DNA of 9,581 bases from an uncultured Nitrososphaerota archaeon (GCA_964480775.1 CAYZRF010000040.1:1-9581); one strand, 5' to 3'; shown: positions 1 through 6,785, counted from the stretch's first letter. The notes: generated by a model not told the origin, from the letters alone. Program-made: numbers and translations.

Positions 1-622
1 GATTATTTTGGAGGAACTGTGTTTAGCGGAGGATCAGTAACTTGTCCAGTAGATGATCCCACTCCTTTGCTTGGAGCTGAGATTTCTTTGAATAAGCTTC
101 CTCATAAATATTACACCCAAAGCCAAGAGGGGATATTCTTCCTAGTAGCGGGAAAAATAGGAGATAAGGGACCGGGAGCAGGATGCGATGGCCCTATCTC
201 TAAAATAGCCAGAGATTTAAAAATATACGGGATTGGAAATTATCCTGTAACTTTAATAGATCTCAAAGCAGGTCTGGAAGATCTTGCTAGAGGAGTAATC
301 ACTAGTTTAGATTTGGTAATTGTAGTGGTAGACCCCACCAATGCTTCTGTTCAAATAGCAGCGGATATAAAAAAATATGATAGACCAAATAAAGGCTGGA
401 AAATTGCCCGCCACTAAACATTTGAAAAATGCTGAACTTGTTGGGATGGCAAATAGAATATTCCTAGAGGCTAAAAACACAGATGTTTTAGTAATATTGA
501 ACAAGATCGGGAATAAAGAGACAGAAAGCTATGTAAAAAGGGAACTAAAAAAGAAAGGGATAGAGCCTATAGGAACAATCCACGAAGATCACTCAATCTC
601 CTTATCTTGGCTAAAAGGATAA
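1..622 (+). pseudogene. CooC/MinD-family P-loop ATPase (CO-dehydrogenase maturation factor-like). The 5' end lies outside the window and the reading frame is broken by a 1-nt shift in an A7 run.
   Basis: Frame 1 is open from nt 1 (DYFGGTV...), so the gene starts upstream. Its layout resembles CooC: GPGAGCDGP (compare CooC1 GSQCYCREN), then LIDLKAGLEDLARGV (compare DMGAGIEHLTRG), then DLVIVVVDPTNASVQIA (compare MIAVIEPNLNSI). Frame 1 stops at 415-417. The family-typical C-terminus (VLVILNKIGNKE...IEPIGTIHEDHSIS) continues in frame 2 to the stop at 620-622. The switch maps to the A7 run at 369-375, and removing one A gives a continuous ...AADIKNMIDQIKAG... protein. Confidence 0.6.
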
Positions 623-718
623 CCTCTTGAGAATGTTAAGGTTGAGACGGACGTAGAAAAGTTGATTAAACGACTAGAGGCGATGAGTATATGAATAAAA
701 AGATTAAAAGGGGGTTAA

Positions 719-1993
719 ATGAGAAATAGCATTAAGCCAAGTTCAGAGGGTTACTTTGTTCTACTACAAAGGAATCGAAACTTTCGCATTTTTTGGCTCG
801 GCAGAATCGTCTACCTAACAGGAAACTTTTTCCGCTCAATCGCCGTTTCGACGATGCTTTATCAATTAACTGGTTCCGGACTCGCACTTGGCGCATCCTT
901 CGGCTTTAGTACTCTGCCACTTGTAATAGCCAGTCCATACGCAGGAGTCATCGCTGACCGGCATGATCGAAGAAGGATTATGATCGTTGCCGCCCTGAGC
1001 ACCGCAAGTATTGTCCTCGGCTTTCTTTTGATAACTAACGTTGAGCTCGTTTGGTTGGCCTATCCAATCATTGTTTTGCTCACTATCGTAGGAGCATTTT
1101 CCGCCGCGGCACATGATGCATGGATGCCAGATCTTGTCACAAAAAAGCAGTACCCGCTTGCAAACGCGTTAGATACCTCAATTTTTTTCATTTTAATGGC
1201 ATTCGGCAGCCTTTTTGGAGGTTTGGTGATTGAAAATTATGGTTGGGGACCAGCTTTCGTTTTCAATAGTTTTTCCTGCGTCCTTTCGGCATTGTGCCTT
1301 TTCCTGATTCAGACAACCAGCCAAACTCTTGATCGTAAGCCGCAGACCCGTTCCGTCTGGCATGATCTTATCGAAGGTGGGAGATTAGTTTGGAGGGGAC
1401 AATTATTACTTGGGGTAATCCTACTAGATGTTATGTATTGTCTTGGTGCTGGCGGCACTGGTTTGGCGATTACATTTTTTGCCTTGGACGTTTACGGTTT
1501 AGGTAGTTCAGGGCTGGGTGTATTATATTTTCTGTATGGAATTGGTGCCACGATCGGTGCGCTTGTGCTGTCACGATGGTTTTTGCGCCGGTTAGACTTT
1601 CATAGGCAGTGCCTACTCTTAGGTATAATCTGCCTTGGTGAAGGCGTCTTCTTTGCGCTCTTTGCGGTAGGTCCGTCGGCCATCCATTCCGCCATTGCGC
1701 TTGCACTCAGGGCGGTGATCATGGGCATTTTCCCGCCGACTGTTTACACGGTGATGGTGCAGTTGATTCCACCAGAATTCCGCGGAAGGGTTTTTTCGTA
1801 CAGAATGGGAATAATCAATTTAATAGCTGGCGCGATGCCATTTATATATGGCAGATTTATTGGTATTGCTCCTGTGGAAACTGGATTAGTCATAGCGTTC
1901 CTGATGGGGATGCCCGGTGCAGTCTGGACAGCCATTATAGCAACCGAAAGATTGAAAGCTGATACAAGTGCGCACTTGTGGGCGATGGTATGA
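719..1993 (+). CDS. MFS transporter, MFS_3 / EntS-like (transmembrane secretion effector) type
   Basis: The 424-aa ORF is highly hydrophobic with about 12 predicted helices. The N-terminus LLQRNRNFRIFWLGRIV and the loop motif GVIADRHDRRRIM match the MFS D-R-x-x-R-R signature after TM2. A GGGGG Shine-Dalgarno site lies 6 nt upstream of the ATG. Confidence 0.85.
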   Translation: MRNSIKPSSEGYFVLLQRNRNFRIFWLGRIVYLTGNFFRSIAVSTMLYQLTGSGLALGASFGFSTLPLVIASPYAGVIADRHDRRRIMIVAALSTASIVLGFLLITNVELVWLAYPIIVLLTIVGAFSAAAHDAWMPDLVTKKQYPLANALDTSIFFILMAFGSLFGGLVIENYGWGPAFVFNSFSCVLSALCLFLIQTTSQTLDRKPQTRSVWHDLIEGGRLVWRGQLLLGVILLDVMYCLGAGGTGLAITFFALDVYGLGSSGLGVLYFLYGIGATIGALVLSRWFLRRLDFHRQCLLLGIICLGEGVFFALFAVGPSAIHSAIALALRAVIMGIFPPTVYTVMVQLIPPEFRGRVFSYRMGIINLIAGAMPFIYGRFIGIAPVETGLVIAFLMGMPGAVWTAIIATERLKADTSAHLWAMV

Positions 1994-2195
1994 AAAGAAA
2001 GTTAACCGAATTGAAGCATAGGAAAAGCTTCTAGCAGCGACTTTCTTAGGCTAGAGTCGTCAGATCCTATATGTGCGTGTTAATGCGTTCAATGCCAAGG
2101 ACGGGATAATTTCCGCCGGACTTTGTGGATTCGATATAACCTGTGAGATAAACTCTATAAGAACAAACCTGACCTATGATTAGGGAGAAACAATC

Positions 2196-2756
2196 ATGAA
2201 AGCACTAATTATCTATTGGTCCGGAACGGGAAACACCGAGAAAGTTGCAAAAGCCATCCAAAGAGGATTGAATAAGAAAGGTGTAAAGCCCGTAGTCAAG
2301 AGGATCGAAGAAGCAAAGGGGGAAAATCTTTTCGATTATGATATAGTTTTCTTGGGTTCACCTACGTACATGTGGCTTCCTGCAGAACCAGTAATAGAGT
2401 TTATAAAAGAAAAAATGAAAGAATATGGAAAAAGAGGGCTCATCAAGCCTTGTTCCCCAAAGATTCCTGGAAAAAACGCGGTCGTCTTCTGCACTTACTC
2501 AGGTCCTCACACAGGAATAGATGAAGCAATTCCCGCCATGAAGTTTATGAGGCAATTTTTTGAACATTTAGGATTTGATGTAAGAGAAGAATGGTATGTT
2601 GTTGGCGAATTTCATGGAAATGAATTGTACAGCACAAAGGGCAAACTGGGGGATATAAGAGGACGCCCAGATTCGCAGGATTTAACTATGATAGAGAACG
2701 ATACAGTTAAGCTGATAAGCAATCTACGCGCGCAGTATTCTGAGCGAGGAAGGTAA
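2196..2756 (+). CDS. Flavodoxin-family protein
   Basis: The N-terminus MKALIIYWSGTGNTEKVAKAI carries the FMN phosphate-binding loop (S/T-x-T-G-x-T). DIVFLGSPTY is a typical second flavodoxin strand and loop. A TAGGGAG Shine-Dalgarno site at 2181-2187 precedes the ATG. Confidence 0.85.
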   Translation: MKALIIYWSGTGNTEKVAKAIQRGLNKKGVKPVVKRIEEAKGENLFDYDIVFLGSPTYMWLPAEPVIEFIKEKMKEYGKRGLIKPCSPKIPGKNAVVFCTYSGPHTGIDEAIPAMKFMRQFFEHLGFDVREEWYVVGEFHGNELYSTKGKLGDIRGRPDSQDLTMIENDTVKLISNLRAQYSERGR

Positions 2757-2800
2757 ATGTCTGAAAATCGGCTGGCTAACAGGCAAAAATATAGGAATCA

Positions 2801-3367
2801 GTGAGTAAAATGAGAAGCCTCAACATCAAACTTAGAATAGAGTACTTTCTTTTAGGATTAAGAGATAAGTTCGGCATACCTTTCAAACCAGAAGAGGAAG
2901 TACGCAAACTTGATCTCCAAGAAGGACAAAAAATACTGGATTATGGGTGTGGTATTGGCTCTTACACTTTCCCAGCTGCCAAGTTGGTAGGCGAAAAAGG
3001 AAGAGTATACGCTTTGGATAAACAACCGTTGGCAATAAAAAAGATCGAGAAAAAGGCTCAAGAGGAAACTTTCTACAATATAGACACAATATTATCCGAC
3101 AGAGATACCGGATTACCTGACGAAAGTGTAGATGTGATCCTTTTATATGGAGTGCTGCCTGAAATTGAGGATAAGGAATCTTTACTAAAAGAATTGTATA
3201 GGATTTTGAAGCCAAACGGATACCTTTCCACGCGTTTCTGCTTTCGCATGAAGAAGGACAGAATTCTAGAGATCATGGAGAAAACAAACCTATTCTCTTT
3301 AAGAGAGCAAAAGGGTCACATACTTAACTTTTCAAAGAAAAAACAAAGAAATTCCCAAAAAGACTAA
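2801..3367 (+). CDS. Class I SAM-dependent methyltransferase (Methyltransf_11/25-like), substrate unknown
   Basis: Motif I is ILDYGCGIGSYT, followed by the acidic post-I residue in VYALDKQP, then VDVILLYGVL and LKPNGYL. The start is uncertain between GTG 2801 and ATG 2810. Confidence 0.85.
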   Translation: MSKMRSLNIKLRIEYFLLGLRDKFGIPFKPEEEVRKLDLQEGQKILDYGCGIGSYTFPAAKLVGEKGRVYALDKQPLAIKKIEKKAQEETFYNIDTILSDRDTGLPDESVDVILLYGVLPEIEDKESLLKELYRILKPNGYLSTRFCFRMKKDRILEIMEKTNLFSLREQKGHILNFSKKKQRNSQKD

Positions 3368-3420
3368 GGATAACTTCAAGCGTCGATGTTATTACAATGA
3401 AAATTTAAGAAGGAGTAAAC

Positions 3421-3441
3421 TTTTCCTTTTTCTTAATTTTT
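3421..3441 (+). terminator. T-rich tract (T4, T5, T5), a candidate archaeal terminator for the flavodoxin/methyltransferase transcript
   Basis: TTTTCCTTTTTCTTAATTTTT lies 54 nt downstream of the methyltransferase stop in a convergent intergenic region. Confidence 0.35.
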
Positions 3442-3507
3442 GAATAATAGCGTGCGCTTCGGGTAAATCAACTAAAGCAGATAGCATATCATCTAAAAAT
3501 TCAACTT

Positions 3508-4314
3508 TCATTTCACCACCACGAGTTTTGGATAATGAATACAAATGCCTTTAACATAAATGTTGCTATTTTTTATAATATCAATAACTTCTTTCATATA
3601 TTTTCCAGCTTCATGTTTATCTGAAATCAAATTATAACTTTCAGGATAATTGTTCTTTAACCATTCTCTAAAATTCTTGCCAGAAGCCCTTAAATTCAAA
3701 AATTCAAACCAATAGAAATCTACAAAACCCTTCGTTTCTTTAATCAATTCCTCAACATCAACCAACTTAGGAATTATCGGAGAAACAAAAGCATAGGTTT
3801 TAATTCCATTTTCCTGCAGCATTTTAAGAGCTTCTATTCTTTTTCCATTGGTTGGAGAAAACGGTTCTATTTCTTTTTTTAATTTTCCATCAAAACCATT
3901 TATTGTTAATCCAACTTCTATATCTTCAAACTCTTTAAAAATGTCAATATCTCTCAAAATCAAATCGGATTTTGTCAAAATTCTAAGCCTTATTTTCTTC
4001 TTCATTCTTTTCAAAATCTTTCCGGTCAGTTTGATCTTCCTTTCTATGGGCTGATAGGGATCGCTCACACTTGACATGTAAAGTTCTCCTTTCACATGTT
4101 CACTTTTAACGAGCTCTGGTAGATTTTCCTTAACGACAACCCATTTTCCCCACTTTCCGTAGTTGTACCACTTACTCATGAACTTTGCATAGCAATAAAG
4201 GCAAGCATGCTCACAACCAACATATTGGTTTATAACATAATCTGCTCCTGGAATTTTGGTTGGAGTAAAAGCTTTCTTAGCTTTAACTTTGATTACTTTT
4301 ATTTTCATCTTCAT
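3508..4314 (-). CDS. Radical SAM protein of the SPL / COG1533 ('DNA repair photolyase', SplB-like) type
   Basis: NQYVGCEHACLYCYAKF contains CX3CX2C (codons at 4192-4215) in the N-terminal context typical of COG1533 proteins, and SDPYQPIE follows it. A GAGGGTGA Shine-Dalgarno site directly abuts ATG 4314, so the in-frame ATG at 4308 has better spacing and may be the real start. Confidence 0.8.
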   Translation of the reverse strand: MKMKIKVIKVKAKKAFTPTKIPGADYVINQYVGCEHACLYCYAKFMSKWYNYGKWGKWVVVKENLPELVKSEHVKGELYMSSVSDPYQPIERKIKLTGKILKRMKKKIRLRILTKSDLILRDIDIFKEFEDIEVGLTINGFDGKLKKEIEPFSPTNGKRIEALKMLQENGIKTYAFVSPIIPKLVDVEELIKETKGFVDFYWFEFLNLRASGKNFREWLKNNYPESYNLISDKHEAGKYMKEVIDIIKNSNIYVKGICIHYPKLVVVK

Positions 4315-4647
4315 TCACCCTCTTTTTCAAATATCCTTTTTCAGATAAATAAGCCAAACAATATTTCTTATTATTTATGAATCCCTTTCGATGGCTGTGA
4401 AGAGGAATTATAGGAATGAATTCGGATTTCGTAGCAAGATCAGCCGTTTTTGGCCATGTTACTCGAAGTTTCCTGACCCTCTTATCATAGCAAAATTTTG
4501 AAGGCAATTGGCGGAGGATATGATGAAAAAGGGATGCAATTCCCTGACAACGGGAGGTTTTAGGTCGCTGGATGGGGAATTGTTAGAGATGGGATAAATC
4601 TTGGAACAATAGGATTTAACAGCTTCATCCATATTCTTAGCACTCAT
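4283..4647 (-). other. Two overlapping short ORFs in different frames (4459-4647 with an ATG start, 4283-4507 with a TTG start). They may be remnants of a frameshifted gene or non-coding leader sequence.
   Basis: The frame of the 74-aa ORF is open upstream to 4582 with no ATG or GTG. The 62-aa ORF overlaps it in another frame. I recognise no family motif, and the 3' end overlaps the radical SAM start by 32 nt. Confidence 0.2.
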
Positions 4648-4676
4648 AGACGGAGTACAGTTTTTGTATCTAGTCT

Positions 4677-4682
4677 AAAAAA
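4677..4682 (-). terminator. T6 run on the minus strand, a candidate terminator of the lplA-lplB transcript
   Basis: The plus strand has A6 at 4677-4682, so the minus strand reads ACTCTTTTTTAGAC about 27 nt downstream of the lplB stop. Confidence 0.35.
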
Positions 4683-4708
4683 GAGTAATTAACGATCAGC
4701 TGAACTCG

Positions 4709-4987
4709 TTATTTAGAAATTACTTGTTCGAAAAGTCGCTCTAGATCATTGAATGAAATGCCAACGAGCTTTCCTTTCTCTCTAAACTTCTCCAAGACCT
4801 TCTTTATCGCTTCAAACTCGGCTCTTTTTCCCTCTAACTCAGATTCAATATCTTCGATTATGCTTGAAGGGTAAGCAAAGAAGTCCCCGCTTATTATTGC
4901 TCTCTCTATGATCCCCTCCCTGATCTTTAACTCAACCTTGACAGTTTTGCCGCCAGGAATCTTCGTTAGTGCCTCTCTATGAATCAT
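4709..4987 (-). CDS. lplB: Lipoate-protein ligase C-terminal domain protein (the LplB subunit of a split LplA, as in Thermoplasma acidophilum)
   Basis: The 92-aa ORF has GGKTVKVELKIREGIIERAIISGDFFAYP, which matches the Lip_prot_lig_C pattern (beta-hairpin followed by GDFF). It starts 4 nt after the lplA stop, with AGGAGG 8 nt upstream. Confidence 0.8.
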   Translation of the reverse strand: MIHREALTKIPGGKTVKVELKIREGIIERAIISGDFFAYPSSIIEDIESELEGKRAEFEAIKKVLEKFREKGKLVGISFNDLERLFEQVISK

Positions 4988-4991
4988 ATAA

Positions 4992-5741
4992 CTACCTCCT
5001 AAAATTCCATTCTTTGTTAATGTATTTTCTCTCCAATTTCTTTGCGAGTTTTATTTCTTCTTCAGTAAGTTCTCCTTTCTCCAGAGTTATGCCGAGCGCC
5101 TTTTCGAATCCCCTTTTTAGGGATTCTATGACCTCGTCTTTGTCAACCTTCCTTCCTAAAGATGTGGAGATCGTGGTTACTCTCTCCGTAATGCTTCTAA
5201 CCCCGTGATCAACTAGCTTTGCTTTAGGGACCATTAAGGCTCTAGCCAAGATCTCTAGATTCGTATTGTACATTAGGGTTCCGTGCTGTAGAACTGCTTC
5301 AGACCTTCTTGCCTGAGCACTTCCAGATATCTTCTTACCCCTAACCAACACATCATTGACAGGCACAAACTCTGCTTGAAGCCCAAATATACTCAACGCC
5401 TCTATTACCCCAGAACAAATGACCTTATAGCTCTCTAGGACGTTCTCAGGGACGTCCTTGGAGGAGACTGTTACGCTGTACGTAATCTCCCCGTCTTGAT
5501 CATGTAGAACAGCTCCTCCTCCTGTAACTCTTCTTACAACAGGAATTCTTTTCTCCCTAGTGTAAGAGAGGTTCACTGATTCTGAGATCTTCTGGAAGTA
5601 TCCTATTGTCACAGCACTTGGCTTTATTACATAGAGTCTGATTGTGTTTGGTATCTTCTCCCTAGATTTCAGAACTAAAAGAGCTTCGTCTAAAGCCATC
5701 TGCCAATGGGCAGGTCCTTCATCTATTAAGAGGCGCCACAT
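4992..5741 (-). CDS. lplA: Lipoate-protein ligase A catalytic (N-terminal) domain, BPL_LplA_LipB family
   Basis: Recognised motifs are WQMALDEALL, PSAVTIGYFQ, VVRRVTGGGAVLHD (the RRxTGGGAV.HD signature), GEITYS and GKKISGSAQ (catalytic lysine motif). At 249 aa it has no fused C-terminal domain, which is consistent with the separate lplB. Confidence 0.9.
   Translation of the reverse strand: MWRLLIDEGPAHWQMALDEALLVLKSREKIPNTIRLYVIKPSAVTIGYFQKISESVNLSYTREKRIPVVRRVTGGGAVLHDQDGEITYSVTVSSKDVPENVLESYKVICSGVIEALSIFGLQAEFVPVNDVLVRGKKISGSAQARRSEAVLQHGTLMYNTNLEILARALMVPKAKLVDHGVRSITERVTTISTSLGRKVDKDEVIESLKRGFEKALGITLEKGELTEEEIKLAKKLERKYINKEWNFRR
4995..5000 (-). promoter_or_regulatory. Shine-Dalgarno site (AGGAGG) formed by the last two Arg codons of lplA, serving the lplB start
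   Basis: The minus strand reads AGG AGG TAG TTAT ATG. The perfect AGGAGG lies 8 nt upstream of the lplB ATG (4987). Confidence 0.6.
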
Positions 5742-5764
5742 CCATCAATAACATCTAGGAGAAC

Positions 5765-5774
5765 ATATATTTTT
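5765..5774. promoter_or_regulatory. A/T-rich TATA-like box in the 73-nt divergent intergenic region between lplA and the first lipS-like gene. It may serve both directions.
   Basis: ATATATTTTT is the only strong A/T block in 5742-5814. Its centre lies about 27 nt from the lplA ATG (5741), which implies a leaderless transcript. It lies about 45 nt from ATG 5815, which implies a leader of roughly 20 nt carrying a purine-rich Shine-Dalgarno-like stretch. Confidence 0.35.
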
Positions 5775-5814
5775 GTGTGCAACTCAGATACCGAACAGGA
5801 GCCGTGGTGGTCAA

Positions 5815-6783
5815 ATGCTGATTCGAGCCTCTGTAGGCACACTTGCACAGCTAGGCATGATTGATCTAAAGATGTTAGAGGTTCCCAAGACGGTCTATTT
5901 GTTGCAGTACTCACCTTTTGGTTGCTTGGCCTCCTGCACATTCTGTTCGCAGAGCAAGGATAGTTCTTCAAGCAAAGATCTGCTTTCTAGGATCAGATGG
6001 CCAGCTGTAGAATTAGATACAATAGTAGAACGCGTCCTTCAAAACGAGAAAAAGTTCAGTAGGCTCTGCATTCAGAGCATTATCAAGGAGAACTTTGAGG
6101 AAGAGCTCTTACATATCGTAAATAGGGTGAGGAAAGCTAGCATCAGCCTACCAATCTCTCTTTCAATCTCTCCTGTTAGTAAGGAGTTTTTGGAGAGGGC
6201 TAAATGGGCCGGGGTGGATTTCATTGGAGTAGGTCTTGATGCTGCATCTCCAAGGGTTCTTGCTAAGATAAAGAAACCTTATACATGGGAGGAGTATTGG
6301 AACTTCATAACGAATTCCATTCGTGTATTCGGCAAGAGGAAGGTTAATGTCCATTTAATCTTCGGGCTAGGAGAGACAGAAACAGAATTTGCAGGGGCTA
6401 TGCAAAGAGTTTATGACGTAGGAGCAGAGGTATCTTTGTTCGCCTTCACTCCCTTGGCTGGGACTCCTGCAGAGGAGAACGGGAGGCCTGATATCATAAG
6501 ATATAGGATAATACAAATACTGAGATCTCTACTCTCAAAAAGTTACAAGCTTAATGAGGTTGCCTATTTCGAGAAAGGAAAGGTTGTTTTGAAGCAAGGA
6601 CCATGGCTTAACAGCATAAGGTTTGCCTTTCTGACGAGTGGTTGTCCAGGGTGCAATAGGCCGTTCTATAACGAGAGTCCTGCTCTGATCTACAATTATC
6701 CATCAGTTTCACTGATTGAGAAAGATATCAATGCCATAAAGAGACAACTATCAAGGGCTGGACTAAACCCAGAGGTGGTCTGA
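5815..6783 (+). CDS. Radical SAM protein, candidate subunit of the two-component archaeal lipoyl synthase (LipS1/LipS2 type). I cannot assign it to S1 or S2 from memory.
   Basis: FGCLASCTFCSQ is CX3CX2C (nt 5923-5946). It has a BioB-like TIM-barrel feel (GVGLDAASP, HLIFGLGET) and a C-terminal SGCPGCNRPFYNE cysteine pair that could ligate an auxiliary cluster. It is transcribed divergently from lplA-lplB. I chose ATG 5815 over the track's TTG 5773 because 5773 lies inside the TATA-like box, and a GGAGCCGTGGTGG purine-rich stretch precedes 5815. Confidence 0.7.
   Translation: MLIRASVGTLAQLGMIDLKMLEVPKTVYLLQYSPFGCLASCTFCSQSKDSSSSKDLLSRIRWPAVELDTIVERVLQNEKKFSRLCIQSIIKENFEEELLHIVNRVRKASISLPISLSISPVSKEFLERAKWAGVDFIGVGLDAASPRVLAKIKKPYTWEEYWNFITNSIRVFGKRKVNVHLIFGLGETETEFAGAMQRVYDVGAEVSLFAFTPLAGTPAEENGRPDIIRYRIIQILRSLLSKSYKLNEVAYFEKGKVVLKQGPWLNSIRFAFLTSGCPGCNRPFYNESPALIYNYPSVSLIEKDINAIKRQLSRAGLNPEVV
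6772..6778 (+). promoter_or_regulatory. Shine-Dalgarno site (GAGGTGG) inside the last codons of the upstream gene, serving the TTG start at 6786
   Basis: The sequence reads GAGGTGGTCTGAACTTG. The Shine-Dalgarno site is 7 nt upstream of the TTG, and the upstream stop TGA is at 6781-6783. Confidence 0.55.
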
Positions 6784-6785
6784 AC

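Noticed and set aside
2033-2070. A weak hairpin (GCGACT ... AGTCGT, 6 bp including a G-U pair, 12-nt loop) downstream of the MFS gene.
   Set aside because: The stem is too short and imperfect, with no following T-run. It is not a credible terminator or RNA element.
2757-2804. A 15-codon mini-ORF (MSENRLANRQKYRNQ) that exactly bridges the flavodoxin stop (TAAATG) and the methyltransferase GTG (GTGA overlap).
   Set aside because: It is a neat arrangement but very short, with no Shine-Dalgarno site. The methyltransferase may start at ATG 2810 instead, so this cannot be distinguished from chance.
3392-3511. A 39-codon minus-strand ORF (MKVEFLDDMLSALVDLPEAHAIIQKLRKRKSLLLLKFSL) whose ATG overlaps the radical SAM stop as ATGA.
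   Set aside because: It is below any safe length threshold. It contains a T5 run immediately after the radical SAM stop and overlaps the T-rich tract that looks like the opposite-strand terminator. I recognise no motif. It could be real, since the ATGA coupling and helical-looking N-terminus fit, but it is not supportable from sequence alone.
4283-4507. Faint resemblance of ...RVTWPKTADLATKSEFIPIIPLHSHRKG...YLSEKGYL to the MGMT/ATL DNA-binding domain (VTTYG.IA ... PCHRV ... LL..EG).
   Set aside because: The spacing between the elements is about 10 residues too short. The PCHRV/PWHRV core is not present, and the match depends on cherry-picked residues.
4519-4547. C/D-box sRNA-like motifs on the + strand: ATGATGA (4519-4525) and CTGA (4544-4547).
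   Set aside because: The spacing between the boxes is 18 nt rather than about 12. There are no convincing C' (UGAUGA) and terminal D boxes downstream, and no terminal stem. This is likely chance.
5773-5814. N-terminal extension of the first lipS-like gene from TTG 5773 (MCATQIPNRSRGGQ...).
   Set aside because: The TTG lies inside the only TATA-like box of the divergent promoter. The extension is not protein-like. ATG 5815 is preceded by a purine-rich Shine-Dalgarno-like stretch and gives an N-terminus (MLIRASVGT...) typical of BioB-like radical SAM proteins.
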